A DNA stretch of 53,888 nucleotides from Flavobacteriales bacterium (GCA_003232435.1 QIJL01000618.1:1-53888), one strand, 5' to 3'. Positions 27,892 through 38,936 are shown, numbered from the stretch's first letter. Made by a program: numbers and translations. The notes: generated by a model not told the origin, from the sequence alone.

Positions 27892-30210
27892 TTAGTATTC
27901 CGGTATATTGTTCAAGGTGTACCATGCCTCTGACGACCATAGGGATTCTCCGTGCGCGCTCTCAAGATTTTCTGGAAGCCTAAAATACACAACATTCTCT
28001 TTTTTCAGGTTCGGGATTTCTAAATAAACCTTGGTGCCATCTTCAGAAAGTTCGACTTTTGTGGCCTGCAATCGCATGATATCCATCTTGGGGCCACCGT
28101 ACTCTTCTGTTGGAAGATACCACCATTGCCGTAAAAAAAAGTCATTGGCGGTAAATTCTCTTATACTTTTCACGGGTTGGGTAAATTCTATTTCAAAACC
28201 TTTGGGTTTTGCCCTTATTGCGAGCATTTCAAAGGTTGGTTTTCCGTTATATTTTATACGCTGTAGACCATATTTTTTCTCTTTCCAGCTCCAACCGCCC
28301 AGCATTCCCAATTCGCCGATATAAAGTGCGCCGTCGGGGGCCCAACAAAGTCGGTTTACCCCTGCCTCGAGCCCCTGTGTAAAACGGAATACCGCCCCTT
28401 GGTAACTGCCGTCTATTTTTTCAAGAAAATCACGTTTAATGCCTCCGTTGCTGACATCGCCATGAAGCATTTGGCCTTGGTATGGGCCATCTTTCATGAT
28501 GATGGGTTCAGAAGGGGAATTACCTATTTCATCTTGCGGCAACCAAATAGTGGGAGGGGTCATTTTTGGTATTTCAGAAAGGGAATCTAAAAGACCCCAT
28601 GCCATGCCATGGTAATCCCCCTTTTTAACGTGGATCAATTTATTGGCGGGAAGCCATTGCCCCTGATTGTCCGTCACGAATAATTCCTCGTCAATGCCCA
28701 GTCCGATACCATTTGGGGTTCGCAACCCATAGTTGACCCACTCATAGTTTCCATCAAGAGCGATTTTCAGTACCCTGCCCCGATCAAATTGCTGCTGCTC
28801 TGTCGACAAAAGGCGCATGGCCATGGAAAGTGATACATAAAAATGACCTTTGTCGAAGACCAGCCCAAAGGCGAATTCATGAAAATCGGCAGTGACCTGC
28901 CAGCTATTGCATATCACTCTGTACTCGTCGATAATCTCGTCGCCGTCAAGGTCGATAAGTTGTGTCAATTCTTGTTTTTGAAGCACATAGATGTTACCAT
29001 CGACCACTTCAATGCCCAAGGGTTCCGCCAACCCCGTAGCGATACGCTTTGTCGTTATTTTGTTCGGGTCACCTCCAAGACCATCCATCATATAGACACC
29101 ACCTTCGGTATCCCAAGTGGTCAAGAGCAAGCGCCCATCGGCCAGAAAAGCCAGTCCGCCCACTTTCGGCTTGAAGTCTTCAGTGTGCAATGTGGTTAGA
29201 TCATAGCTGGGGTGAATATCTTCAAGCGGCATCCCATACCCTGGTTTGGTCATGGCATTTTCAACCGGAAGCTCATTGACTATCTCAACATTGCCCACTA
29301 TTTCTTTACCTTTTGGTTTTAAGGTAAAGATATACGCCAGCATGGTTCTTAATTCATTTTCCGATAATTGGGGATGGGCGTTCATTGCCGTTCTTCCCCA
29401 AGAACCCGAGCCTCCGGTCTTTATCCTTTTCATCAGCTCTAGTCTGTTTTCTTCAGAATCAGAATACCGTTCGGCAATTTGGCCAAAGGAAGGCCCCACG
29501 TCTTTTTCAATGACTTTATGACAGGTAAAGCAGTCGCTTTCTTCCATCCAGTACCTGCCCCAATGGTCATAGGCATCTTGTAATTTTGGTGGGAATTGTT
29601 CCGGAAGGGTTTCGAAATATTGTATTTTTAGGCTAACGGTATTGGCTTTCAATGCAAAAGTATCGACCCCATTTCTCAAGAGAACCAAGTTGCCTTTTGG
29701 AACTTTAGCGGTTTTGAACCATCTTTCAAGTCCTGGTTTTCCGGTTTTACCTCTTACGAACTCAGGTCTTTCTTGAAGGTTTATGGTGTCGCCCGTAGAC
29801 AAGATAAGATCAAAATTGAGATAGATCTGTTCCTCCTTAAAAACATAGCCCTTGTTCATTATTTTTGAAAGAACGTTTTTTCCATTGGCCATCACTTCCC
29901 ATTTCTGATGCCCAAGACTGTCGCTTATGTACGAAGAACCCCATGAGGTAGGTTGAACGTTCTTTTTGTAGGTATAAGGCGCACCTTCCATCGACACACC
30001 GCCTTTCCACGCTTTATATAAGTTGCCGTGGGCGAGGTCGTACGCAACATAACAGTCGGAATCTAATGCGACGGTCAACATTCTGGGTTTTTTGTCCAAT
30101 ACCGATCGAAAGGCCCACACATCGATCGGCCTCTGAAAGTCTGTTGATTTTTTATCGGCACAAGCGCTCAGAACGTACCACACAAGAATTGCAGGAATAA
30201 ATTTTTTCAT
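27892..30210 (-). CDS. Lipoprotein with cytochrome c domain and beta-propeller (glucose/sorbosone dehydrogenase-like)
   Basis: Lipobox LSAC, CFTCH heme motif with VGPS and MNAH, GLRTPNG, TDNQG. Confidence 0.8.
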   Translation of the reverse strand: MKKFIPAILVWYVLSACADKKSTDFQRPIDVWAFRSVLDKKPRMLTVALDSDCYVAYDLAHGNLYKAWKGGVSMEGAPYTYKKNVQPTSWGSSYISDSLGHQKWEVMANGKNVLSKIMNKGYVFKEEQIYLNFDLILSTGDTINLQERPEFVRGKTGKPGLERWFKTAKVPKGNLVLLRNGVDTFALKANTVSLKIQYFETLPEQFPPKLQDAYDHWGRYWMEESDCFTCHKVIEKDVGPSFGQIAERYSDSEENRLELMKRIKTGGSGSWGRTAMNAHPQLSENELRTMLAYIFTLKPKGKEIVGNVEIVNELPVENAMTKPGYGMPLEDIHPSYDLTTLHTEDFKPKVGGLAFLADGRLLLTTWDTEGGVYMMDGLGGDPNKITTKRIATGLAEPLGIEVVDGNIYVLQKQELTQLIDLDGDEIIDEYRVICNSWQVTADFHEFAFGLVFDKGHFYVSLSMAMRLLSTEQQQFDRGRVLKIALDGNYEWVNYGLRTPNGIGLGIDEELFVTDNQGQWLPANKLIHVKKGDYHGMAWGLLDSLSEIPKMTPPTIWLPQDEIGNSPSEPIIMKDGPYQGQMLHGDVSNGGIKRDFLEKIDGSYQGAVFRFTQGLEAGVNRLCWAPDGALYIGELGMLGGWSWKEKKYGLQRIKYNGKPTFEMLAIRAKPKGFEIEFTQPVKSIREFTANDFFLRQWWYLPTEEYGGPKMDIMRLQATKVELSEDGTKVYLEIPNLKKENVVYFRLPENLESAHGESLWSSEAWYTLNNIPEY

Positions 30211-30212
30211 TC

Positions 30213-31163
30213 TCATGCTTCTTCCCAAAGGGCTTGAATTTTTCGCAGATCGTTTTTCATGGCATCGAACACTATATGTTGGTCTACGGTTATAACGCTT
30301 TTTCCGTGCTCGGCACCGCCCAAAGGGTACTCACAGTGAAGAGAGACCGGTACATTGACTTTATATTTTTTGAGTAATCCAAAGTACTTCTTGAAATCTA
30401 CCATCCCCTCTCCAATAGGAGTATTTACTGCTTTCCATTTGCCTTTGACCTGAGCCCATTTGAAATCTTTCAAGGCTATGGTCTTAATGTGCGTATGTAG
30501 CAATCTTAGACCATTCTCCCATGAAAGTCCACCTTCCACGATAGCATGGCGAATATCATATTGAACTCCGAAATAAGCAGGGTCGACCGACCCAAGTATT
30601 GTATCCAATTCCCAAACCGAGGCGCCCACACGCATTCCGGAATGATTTTGATAACAACCGACCAGACCTAATTCTTTGTTAAGCCGGCCAAGCTTTCGAA
30701 TCTGTTCTTCAAAAGTGGCCAACGAATCTTTCATCGGTTTATCGACCTGATAATCGAACCAGTTGCACCGGTAAAATCGAATACCCTGTTCGGCCATTGT
30801 TCTCAAAACCAAAACATCTGTATCATTGCCAATTTTATCGACTGCCGTAGTTGCCATGATACATTTAGAACCTCCTTTTTTGATAGCTGCAATGGCTTTT
30901 GGTAAATCTGTTTGAACCGATTCGGGCGGCACGTGCCCTTTAGGGCGAACGGTAAGGTCTACTCCTGAAAATCCCATTTCCGCCGCTTTTTCACCCACAG
31001 CTTGGTATTCTAAAAACTGAAGATGTTTTGAGAAAATGTTTACCTGAAGCGGACTATCGGTTTCGCCCATGGCCCATATTTTGTGGGGAGTGTTCATGAA
31101 CGTAACGGCTCCGGCAGATAACGCAAGTTTTTTTGTGAATTCCCTTCTTGTTTGATTTTTCAT
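30213..31163 (-). CDS. Sugar phosphate isomerase/epimerase (xylose isomerase-like TIM barrel), Tat signal
   Basis: TRREF, FSKHLQ, YQNHSG, YDIRH, LKDF, GEGMVDF, HCEY. Confidence 0.88.
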   Translation of the reverse strand: MKNQTRREFTKKLALSAGAVTFMNTPHKIWAMGETDSPLQVNIFSKHLQFLEYQAVGEKAAEMGFSGVDLTVRPKGHVPPESVQTDLPKAIAAIKKGGSKCIMATTAVDKIGNDTDVLVLRTMAEQGIRFYRCNWFDYQVDKPMKDSLATFEEQIRKLGRLNKELGLVGCYQNHSGMRVGASVWELDTILGSVDPAYFGVQYDIRHAIVEGGLSWENGLRLLHTHIKTIALKDFKWAQVKGKWKAVNTPIGEGMVDFKKYFGLLKKYKVNVPVSLHCEYPLGGAEHGKSVITVDQHIVFDAMKNDLRKIQALWEEA

Positions 31164-31310
31164 TTACGATGTTTCAAATTCAGTGGCCGTTATCGAATTC
31201 AGATTTAAAGGTACTTGCTTTGACCGGCACCGCAATGCCATGTCGTCTATAAGGTCTATAAGTTACCATAAATACAATACGAGGTTGTTATAAGCTCGTT
31301 GCTTCATGTA

Positions 31311-31469
31311 TACTCCTGCCAAATAGAAATCCGAAATTTCTACTTGGTCTTTTTCCCCATACCTTCGTTAAAATTTTTCCCCGTAGCTAAGGCTATGCCG
31401 AAAAATTTTGCCTTGGTATGAGAAAAAATCCCTGCCTTGATTCTCCCGAATTTCTATTTGGCACGAGTA
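31311..31469. mobile_element. MITE with ~20-bp TIRs flanked by TA (IS630/Tc1-like)
   Basis: TA|TACTCCTGCCAAATAGAAAT ... ATTTCTATTTGGCACGAGTA|TA; internal cgtagctaaggctatg hairpin. Confidence 0.8.
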
Positions 31470-31494
31470 TAAACCAAAGCTTATTGGACGTTGA

Positions 31495-33246
31495 TTACAA
31501 TTGGTCGACACTTGAAGAATCACTGGTTGCACCCACTAACTTATATATTTTACCGTCAGGCTTGGTAAGTATGTAAAGTTCCCCTTGGGCATCCCTACCA
31601 AAGTGCAAGTCTACCCGATCCGATCCGCAAAGTTCCTTTAGTGTCTTTAGAACGCCATCAATGGAAACCTTCCATTCTCTTATAGTTGCCTGTGTTCCTT
31701 GTTTTATGGCTGCCATTTCTATAAAAAATAACTTCCCCAAAGGAATATCCCCAAAAAGAAATCGCCCTTTTAATTGCGGAATGGTGGTGCCCTGATATTC
31801 ATACCCGCCTGAAATGGCCGCACCGCCTCCGCTATGGTCATATTGTGCAATGGGATAAGTGATATCGAAAACACTGTCATTTACCGGTAGCGGATAGACC
31901 TTATCCAAATCTCCGTTAGGGTCTAAAACGAAGGTGCCTTCCCTAATTGGCCATCCATAATCGTGGCCGGACATAATCAGGTTTAAAGATTCGATGCTTC
32001 TTTGACCAATATTGCTTGCCAGCATATCGCCTGATTTGGCCCAAGTAATGTGGTGTGGATTCCTGAAACCCGTGGCATAGATTTCCTTCGGGGTTTTGGA
32101 ATTCCGGTTTTTCGTGAATGGATTATCCGGTGGGATACCGTAATGCCTATTGGTACTATTGTTGCCTCTGGGGTCTATTCGAAGAATGGTACCCCAAACT
32201 TTGTCTTTGTCTTGCACCAAGAAAGGATAACCCTCACCAACACTGCCCCCATCGCCGACCCCTATATACAACATGCCGTAATCTTTGTCGCCATCTGTCG
32301 AAAGAGGGTTGAAAATGATTTCCTGCACACCATGGATCCCGGTCACCATATCGATTCTCAACAACTCTCTGTCTGTTCCTGAAAAGGAAATTGCATCGGG
32401 AGTTTTGGTTTTCCATTCGGTGAGTACCCATTGCAAGGTCGTTTTAATAGAGTCGGCAAAGGAAAAATCGGCCTTGCCCGAATCGGGGGCTTCTGTATGT
32501 GTCGTGTACAGATACCCATTTTTTTCGAAATCAGGGTGAAAGGCAAAACTACCAAACCCTGTTCCCAGCCCTGGCTTATCGATAAATCTCGGTTTTAATT
32601 TCGCCATATCAATATATACCACAGGATCGTTTTCTTGCATGCTATACAACTTACCTCTAAGGTCGACGACAAACAGGTTATTTGTACGTGGTCGAAAATC
32701 TAATTTGGTTATTCTGGTAAGTGGCAATTCATCATTTGCGACAGAGGGCGGAATCTGACCAGCCAACTTCAACTCGACCACCAAGCTTGAAAGGGCTATG
32801 GTGTCAGGTATCGGGTCCAATATCGCCTTTTCATTACTTTTTTCTTTTGATTGTTCAGGTTTCTTATGGGTATGCATAAAAGCGACTATATTGTTTACCT
32901 CGGCATCGGTCAAAGTAGAAAACGAAGGCATCATAACCTTATATTTTTCGTATAGTCGTAATGACCGCATGTCTCCGGAATCAAACATCTTTTTTGGGTC
33001 CCTGATGAAATTTTGTATCCAATCGACAGGGGCCTCGTCGGTCAACCCTCCCAAATGTGGGCCTATTCCATCTTGTTTGAAATTGTGGCAGCCACTGCAA
33101 TTCTGGTCAAAAGAAATTTCACCCTTTGCTATCGCCCCAGAATCTTTTGAGATAACCATGCCATCTTTAGATGTGCCCGAATTGCAAGAATTGAGATTGA
33201 TCGACAATAGCACAAAACTTGAAACGATCAATATTCTTTTATTCAT
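31495..33246 (-). CDS. Cytochrome c + PQQ-dependent sugar dehydrogenase (GSDH family)
   Basis: CSGCH and IGPHL; FAFHPDF, YIGVGDGG, ILRIDP, GFRNPH, YGWP. Confidence 0.88.
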   Translation of the reverse strand: MNKRILIVSSFVLLSINLNSCNSGTSKDGMVISKDSGAIAKGEISFDQNCSGCHNFKQDGIGPHLGGLTDEAPVDWIQNFIRDPKKMFDSGDMRSLRLYEKYKVMMPSFSTLTDAEVNNIVAFMHTHKKPEQSKEKSNEKAILDPIPDTIALSSLVVELKLAGQIPPSVANDELPLTRITKLDFRPRTNNLFVVDLRGKLYSMQENDPVVYIDMAKLKPRFIDKPGLGTGFGSFAFHPDFEKNGYLYTTHTEAPDSGKADFSFADSIKTTLQWVLTEWKTKTPDAISFSGTDRELLRIDMVTGIHGVQEIIFNPLSTDGDKDYGMLYIGVGDGGSVGEGYPFLVQDKDKVWGTILRIDPRGNNSTNRHYGIPPDNPFTKNRNSKTPKEIYATGFRNPHHITWAKSGDMLASNIGQRSIESLNLIMSGHDYGWPIREGTFVLDPNGDLDKVYPLPVNDSVFDITYPIAQYDHSGGGAAISGGYEYQGTTIPQLKGRFLFGDIPLGKLFFIEMAAIKQGTQATIREWKVSIDGVLKTLKELCGSDRVDLHFGRDAQGELYILTKPDGKIYKLVGATSDSSSVDQL

Positions 33247-33303
33247 GATTTTTGGTGGTGAATGCTTTAGTTTTCAAAAAGGCTAATAATCAAGATGCCT
33301 ATC

Positions 33304-33502
33304 CGTTATTATGCCAGGAACTTATTTGAGCTCAGGAAAATTCGATTACATCCGACAACTGGCGGAAGGGGCAAATAATCGAATTTTCGGCCTTTTCTTT
33401 TTGCCCCGCCCCTGCCCGAATACGTTCAGGCGGGCGTACCGAAAGGCACGTTCGGGCGGGGAGAATAAAAGTCCGAAAAAATGAACTAGTGGCATAATAG
33501 CG
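33304..33502. mobile_element. MITE-like element with 13-bp TIRs and nested GC-rich hairpins
   Basis: CGTTATTATGCCA ... TGGCATAATAGCG; no clear target duplication. Confidence 0.65.
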
Positions 33503-33672
33503 AATATACAAAAATCAAATATTCAAGTAACAGTTCAGCCGAAGTGCTTTCTCCGCCTGGCTACGGTGGGCAGGGAATAAAGACCCTCTAAAGGCGGGCA
33601 GGCTTGACCGTAACTAGCTGACCCGCCCGAATGACTTGGTCGGGAAGGGGTTTTTGCAAGAAATTATAATAA

Positions 33673-33802
33673 ATGCGAATCAAGGGTTGAAAACTAATAC
33701 TGATTATCAACAGATTACAATTGTAATTACAACAGTTTTGGAAGCAAGAAAATCGCAACTTGGATTTTCAGCTTTACTTGAAATCCAACCCTTGATTCGC
33801 AT
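33673..33802. mobile_element. MITE with perfect 17-bp TIRs and 5-bp target duplication AATAA
   Basis: AATAA|ATGCGAATCAAGGGTTG ... CAACCCTTGATTCGCAT|AATAA. Confidence 0.85.
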
Positions 33803-33887
33803 AATAACTTAAGATGAGTTCAACATCCAAAAACTTAAACCAGTTCAAAAAAAACATATCTTAGCCAGCTAAATCAATGAAAAGAAC

Positions 33888-34895
33888 ATGAAATTTAATT
33901 TTCCGATATTTTTCTTGATAACAGTCCTTTTTTGTTCATGTGACAAAAAGCTTCATAACACGACTATTGCATTTGGTTCATGTTCATATGAGTTTGATTC
34001 CGTTCAAATGTGGGATGATGTAGTGAAACTTAAACCAAAAGCCTGGGTTTGGCTGGGCGATAACATTTATGGGGATACAGAGGATATGGCCCTCATGAAA
34101 TCAAAATACGATATGCAAAAACAACGTGGGTCATATCAAAACCTTAGAAGATCCATGGATATTTATGGCATTTGGGATGATCATGACTATGGAATAAATA
34201 ATGGAGGGAAAGAATACCCCATGAAAGATGAAAGTAAGGCATTGTTCCTAGACTTTCTGGATGTGCCCGCCAATGCAAAAGTAAGAGACCGTAAAGGCGC
34301 ATACCAATCTTACGTAATCGAAGATAACGGACTTAAAATAAAATTGATTTTACTGGATACAAGGTATTTTAGGGATACGATCATTAAAAACCCGAATGAA
34401 AAGGAGCATTCTTATTTTCTTCCGGATACGGATGGAAATTTTTTGGGAGAGGTACAATGGCAATGGCTAGAGAAGGAATTGGTAAATAGCGATGCCCATA
34501 TCCACCTATTTGGCTCTGGGGTGCCATTGATCCCTATTCCGATATTTGAAAAGTGGGGCAATTTTCCCAATGAACGAACTAGGTTTTTTGACCTTCTTGT
34601 AAAAACAAAACCTGCGAGGCCGATTATTTTAAGTGGGGACAGGCATTTTGCCGAATTTTCTAAAATTGAATTGGAAGGTCTTAGCTATCCGCTATATGAA
34701 TTTACTTCGAGTGGATTGACCCATACCGTAAGTCCGGATCATATTGAAATCAATTCTTTTAGAATTGGAGATCTGATTATAAAAAAGAATTTTGGGGCTA
34801 TCCATATTTCACATACAGAAAATGACATTGCGATAAAGATGCAGATAAGAGGTAGTGACAATCAGGTATATGAAGAGGCAATGCTTGCGTTTTAA
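33888..34895 (+). CDS. PhoD-like alkaline phosphatase D lipoprotein
   Basis: IAFGSC, WLGDNIYGD, WDDHDYG, LLDTRYFR, SGDRH. Confidence 0.9.
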   Translation: MKFNFPIFFLITVLFCSCDKKLHNTTIAFGSCSYEFDSVQMWDDVVKLKPKAWVWLGDNIYGDTEDMALMKSKYDMQKQRGSYQNLRRSMDIYGIWDDHDYGINNGGKEYPMKDESKALFLDFLDVPANAKVRDRKGAYQSYVIEDNGLKIKLILLDTRYFRDTIIKNPNEKEHSYFLPDTDGNFLGEVQWQWLEKELVNSDAHIHLFGSGVPLIPIPIFEKWGNFPNERTRFFDLLVKTKPARPIILSGDRHFAEFSKIELEGLSYPLYEFTSSGLTHTVSPDHIEINSFRIGDLIIKKNFGAIHISHTENDIAIKMQIRGSDNQVYEEAMLAF

Positions 34896-34964
34896 CCCGG
34901 ATCATGCATTAGACTTCGTAGTGAGAGCCTTAAATGGCTGTAAGAAAAAGGCTCTATTCAAATT

Positions 34965-36404
34965 CTAATTCTTCCGGGTCAAAATATAGAATCCCCCAGT
35001 TTCACTTAAACTGGTGAGCATCATACTGTCATCGCTTTCAGCCGCTTCAATTTCTTGATCTACTCCTGCACGGATATCAATCCACCTGAACCGGTATTGA
35101 TCTGGCTCAAGGGGCAGTTCTACGGTAACAGATCCATCCAACGGAAAATAGATGACAAAGTGTTCGTTTCCATTTCGGGCGGCATATGCTTCGTTGTCTG
35201 TTCTGTCTCCCAGTATTTCCATGGCTGGCTCTAGGTCCCAAAATTTTACCGATTCTTCTATTTTGCGAATTGATCTTAGCGAGGCAAGGGCTTTTTCATT
35301 GTTCCCATTCCCATAAGCACCTCTGTGGTGCCGGCCTGCTGCCACTCCGAGCAACATCTGTCGTACCAATCGCTCGACTCCATCTTGATTGCTTCCTGAT
35401 CCCCAACGGGAATTCATACCTCCATAGGTTTTCACACAATTGACCGGCCTAAGTGGCATCACCTTGTTTCTTGCTTCCACGATCCATTTCAAGGAATCCC
35501 AATGCATCTGGCCGAAATTCCTGGAGTTTATTTGAGACACGTCCACAAACTGATATAACTCCGGGTTTTCGATCTCATAATTACAGTTGTCACAGGATTG
35601 CGGTGTAAAATAATGATCGAACATATCGGTCACATAAACTTTTTTATCGGCTTCATCAGCTCTGTTGGAAATGTAGTTCATCCAGTACAAGCCCCATTCC
35701 TTTGGTGTGGAGGTCTCATTATTTATACAGTAAAGAACATTTCCAAATTGCAAAGTGTATTTGAGCAATTGGTCTATATATTTTTCCTGGTATTTCCTTA
35801 CCTCATTCAATGAAGGTGCGTAAAGTGGCATCTCGGATATTGTATGAAAGAAAGGCTGTACATCGGTTGCCGGGTGTTTCGGATACCAAGCTGACATTCC
35901 CACCAAAGAATCGTAATTGATATTATTTTCCGGATTGAACGGGTTCGATTTCCAAGGTTCTCTAGAAAAGTCAAACCGGTCCCACATTTCGATTTGCACA
36001 ATTACCGCTCTTTTGTCAGCGGCCTTGAGAAGGCTTTCAAACCGGCTCCAGTATTCTGGGTTCCAGTCATTCAAATCATAATTTCCATTATCAAGCATTT
36101 TAAAAGGCCATACATCAGTCGAATCCCGGCTGCTCATGGTGTTGCGGATGTAATTCCCCCCATTCTTAACCAGCAGGTCCAGCTGATCGATCATATCGCG
36201 TGATTGGTACAAATTATCGTTATCGGTCGCTCCGAGCAATAGTACGGGCTTTCCCTGATACTGCCAGTATTTAGGATTTGAAGTCCAGGGTTTTAAGGAA
36301 TTGTCAATTCCGGAGGATGGTTCATTTCCTTGCCGCCCTGAGCAACTTATAGCGAGCATAATATTTAAGAAAATACCGTAACAAATCAATAACCTGACAT
36401 TCAT
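34965..36404 (-). CDS. Hypothetical lipoprotein, glycoside hydrolase-like TIM barrel (tentative)
   Basis: Lipobox AISC, YWQYQGKPVLLLG, GGNYIR, NE motif (INNET). Confidence 0.7.
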   Translation of the reverse strand: MNVRLLICYGIFLNIMLAISCSGRQGNEPSSGIDNSLKPWTSNPKYWQYQGKPVLLLGATDNDNLYQSRDMIDQLDLLVKNGGNYIRNTMSSRDSTDVWPFKMLDNGNYDLNDWNPEYWSRFESLLKAADKRAVIVQIEMWDRFDFSREPWKSNPFNPENNINYDSLVGMSAWYPKHPATDVQPFFHTISEMPLYAPSLNEVRKYQEKYIDQLLKYTLQFGNVLYCINNETSTPKEWGLYWMNYISNRADEADKKVYVTDMFDHYFTPQSCDNCNYEIENPELYQFVDVSQINSRNFGQMHWDSLKWIVEARNKVMPLRPVNCVKTYGGMNSRWGSGSNQDGVERLVRQMLLGVAAGRHHRGAYGNGNNEKALASLRSIRKIEESVKFWDLEPAMEILGDRTDNEAYAARNGNEHFVIYFPLDGSVTVELPLEPDQYRFRWIDIRAGVDQEIEAAESDDSMMLTSLSETGGFYILTRKN

Positions 36405-36579
36405 GATAATTGGTTTTAAATTTTGTTAAAAATAGAAATACTATATTCAATACCTCAACGATATTTACGGGGTCAAAATCGATCCTTATACACTCCTGTA
36501 AAAAACGGCAACAAGACCTGGCACAGGAATGATACAATTGTTGATGAAGTGGGCCATGTCCGCGCCTATTTGCTATTTG

Positions 36580-36780
36580 GCAACTAATCAGTGTTGGGGG
36601 AAAAAGTTAAAATATTGAAAATCCATTTGCCGTTGAATTTAAACGCAAAGAGCGCAAGGAAAAATCGCAAGGTTCGCAAAGTATTTAAAACCATTATAAT
36701 ATGACTTTGCGAACTTTGCGTTTGAATTTTCGTTCCGGTACTCAAGATGTCGGCTCTAAAACTTGGTACTGATCGGTTAC
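36580..36780. mobile_element. MITE with 8-bp target duplication GCTATTTG; internal CGCAAAG/CTTTGCG inverted repeats
   Basis: GCTATTTG|GCAACTAATCAGTG ... TACTGATCGGTTAC|GCTATTTG. A lone related end (CACTGATTAGTTAC) lies near 6489-6503. Confidence 0.82.
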
Positions 36781-36845
36781 GCTATTTGTTAAAGTCAAAA
36801 AGCTTCTGCAAATTTTTAACGGTCACAGTACTTCAATTGTTTCAA

Positions 36846-38066
36846 TCATTCTGAACTGTACGAAACGGTAACCGGCTTGTTCAGGCACGCTGCATAGTAG
36901 TTGATTCGACCATCGAGATCGTCAAGGCCGTCAATAACCAAATAAGCGTTTTTTTCATAGTACTTGCTGCCTTCCGGTACTAGCGTTTTGTGTTCATGTA
37001 TCAATCTTCTGTTCCAATACCTACCGCTGCCCATACTGGCAGAAATCTTTGTATGAGGCCGATACAAAGGAGATTCACCCCCTTCGACATTTTGGTTGTC
37101 ATAGGCCAGCCTTAAACTGACCAGACCATATTCAAGAGGTTCGTTGATAAAACCGACCCATTTGATATCATCTGCAAGAGGTCTTTTGGTCAACGAATCG
37201 AACTTTGCCATATCATATAAAGGCATTTTCGTGCCCGAAGAATCGGGGTAAATCAAATGGGTAAAAAGACTGTCTATGGTCATTTCGTCATTTCTTAACA
37301 AAAGAAGTTCAGCATCTTTGTTAAAGGTCATGGTCGATGTGAACTCGAAATAGGGCAATCCGGCAAAAAAATTGTATTGCCCAAAAACATCGATCTCTTC
37401 ATAACCATCGACGTTCCCCGATTTGACCATCTCAAGGAGATACTGATTTTTTTGGGTGACACGGGCATTGCCCGAATCAATATGACCAATAGTTTTATAA
37501 TCCGATTCTTCTCTTTGAAAGTTTGGTGCCCAATGCATATTGATATGGCCTCTTTCAAGCAGTACCTCTTTCTTTTTGACAAAGATGCCGGCCAATTGCC
37601 CTGGATATAATCCTTTTTCCGTTTTTGAATCGTTAGTGTTGAAGTCCGCTATGAAATATTCGTTTTCGATTATTAGGGCAATGCCTTTTCCCGTCACCAC
37701 CATTTCTGGCGCGTCCAACTCTTGATCTGGGGCATCGACCGAAAAAGTTTTCTTTTCATTGGCCTTGATCGAGATCGGGAATATATAGGCCGTAGCATCT
37801 TTTATGGCACCTTCGTGATTCAGTTTCTCCCCCCGAATAACAGTTCCGGTAGAAACATCCTTTAGAAATAACACCTTTTCGTGATAATCGTTAAAAGATA
37901 CTTGTACGTACTCCAAACTTCTTGATACGCCTGCCTTTTCTTCAAAAATCACTTTCCTTGACTTTTTCGGATCACTGCATGCCCCTAAAGAAAGAAATAT
38001 CCCTACGAACAAAATCAAAAAAAAATTATTTGGACTCCTTTTAAAATCCAAATTTAATCGCTCCAT
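36846..38066 (-). CDS. Hypothetical lipoprotein
   Basis: Lipobox LGAC; 406-aa intact ORF divergent from nagB. Confidence 0.75.
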   Translation of the reverse strand: MERLNLDFKRSPNNFFLILFVGIFLSLGACSDPKKSRKVIFEEKAGVSRSLEYVQVSFNDYHEKVLFLKDVSTGTVIRGEKLNHEGAIKDATAYIFPISIKANEKKTFSVDAPDQELDAPEMVVTGKGIALIIENEYFIADFNTNDSKTEKGLYPGQLAGIFVKKKEVLLERGHINMHWAPNFQREESDYKTIGHIDSGNARVTQKNQYLLEMVKSGNVDGYEEIDVFGQYNFFAGLPYFEFTSTMTFNKDAELLLLRNDEMTIDSLFTHLIYPDSSGTKMPLYDMAKFDSLTKRPLADDIKWVGFINEPLEYGLVSLRLAYDNQNVEGGESPLYRPHTKISASMGSGRYWNRRLIHEHKTLVPEGSKYYEKNAYLVIDGLDDLDGRINYYAACLNKPVTVSYSSE

Positions 38067-38204
38067 TTAAATTGTTTTAGACGAACTAAAAATAAGATAA
38101 AATAATAAGATGTTTATGCCCTATTAATAGTAAAAAGAAAATAGGCGTGAAAAAATATTACCGAACAAAGCACCAATAAGATATTTGTTTGATATATTTA
38201 AAAC

Positions 38205-38936
38205 ATGAAAATTACAATTTCGAATAACAAAAAAGATTTGGGCACTGTTGCTGCCAAAAAAGGGGCGAATTTGATCAAAGAGTCCATTCTCAACAAGGGG
38301 AAGGCCAATATTATCGTGGCAACCGGGGCATCTCAATTCGAAATGCTTGAGATTTTGGTAAAAGAAGATATTGACTGGTCGGTGGTAAGCTGTTTTCATT
38401 TAGATGAATATGTCGGTCTACCGGAAACCCACCCGGCCTCTTTTCGAAAATATCTTAAAGAACGTTTTGCCGACATCGTCGAACCCTTGGCATTTTATTA
38501 TGTGAACGGAGAGGGTGATGTAAAAAACGAATGTCGGCGATTGCACAATTTAATTGTCGGGCATCCCATAGATGTTGCCTTTGTCGGAATAGGGGAAAAT
38601 GCACATTTGGCATTTAACGACCCTCCCGCGGATTTTGATATTGAAGATTCCTACATCGATGTAACCCTAGATCTACCCTGTCGGATGCAACAACTGGGGG
38701 AAGGATGGTTTAAAAATCTAGAGGAGGTCCCGACCAGGGCTATCAGTATGTCAATACATCGAATAATGCGATCAGAACATATTATTTGTAGCGTACCTGA
38801 TAAGCGAAAAGCGGAAGCGGTCGAAAAAGTGGTCAACGGCAAGGTAACGCCCAAAGTGCCGGCTTCAATATTACAACAGCACGACTCGACTTATCTATTT
38901 TTGGACAAAGAATCATCATTTTTGTTAAATCGATAG
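38205..38936 (+). CDS. nagB: Glucosamine/galactosamine-6-phosphate deaminase family
   Basis: ATGASQ, FHLDEY, GIGENAHLAFNDP, PASILQQH. Confidence 0.88.
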   Translation: MKITISNNKKDLGTVAAKKGANLIKESILNKGKANIIVATGASQFEMLEILVKEDIDWSVVSCFHLDEYVGLPETHPASFRKYLKERFADIVEPLAFYYVNGEGDVKNECRRLHNLIVGHPIDVAFVGIGENAHLAFNDPPADFDIEDSYIDVTLDLPCRMQQLGEGWFKNLEEVPTRAISMSIHRIMRSEHIICSVPDKRKAEAVEKVVNGKVTPKVPASILQQHDSTYLFLDKESSFLLNR

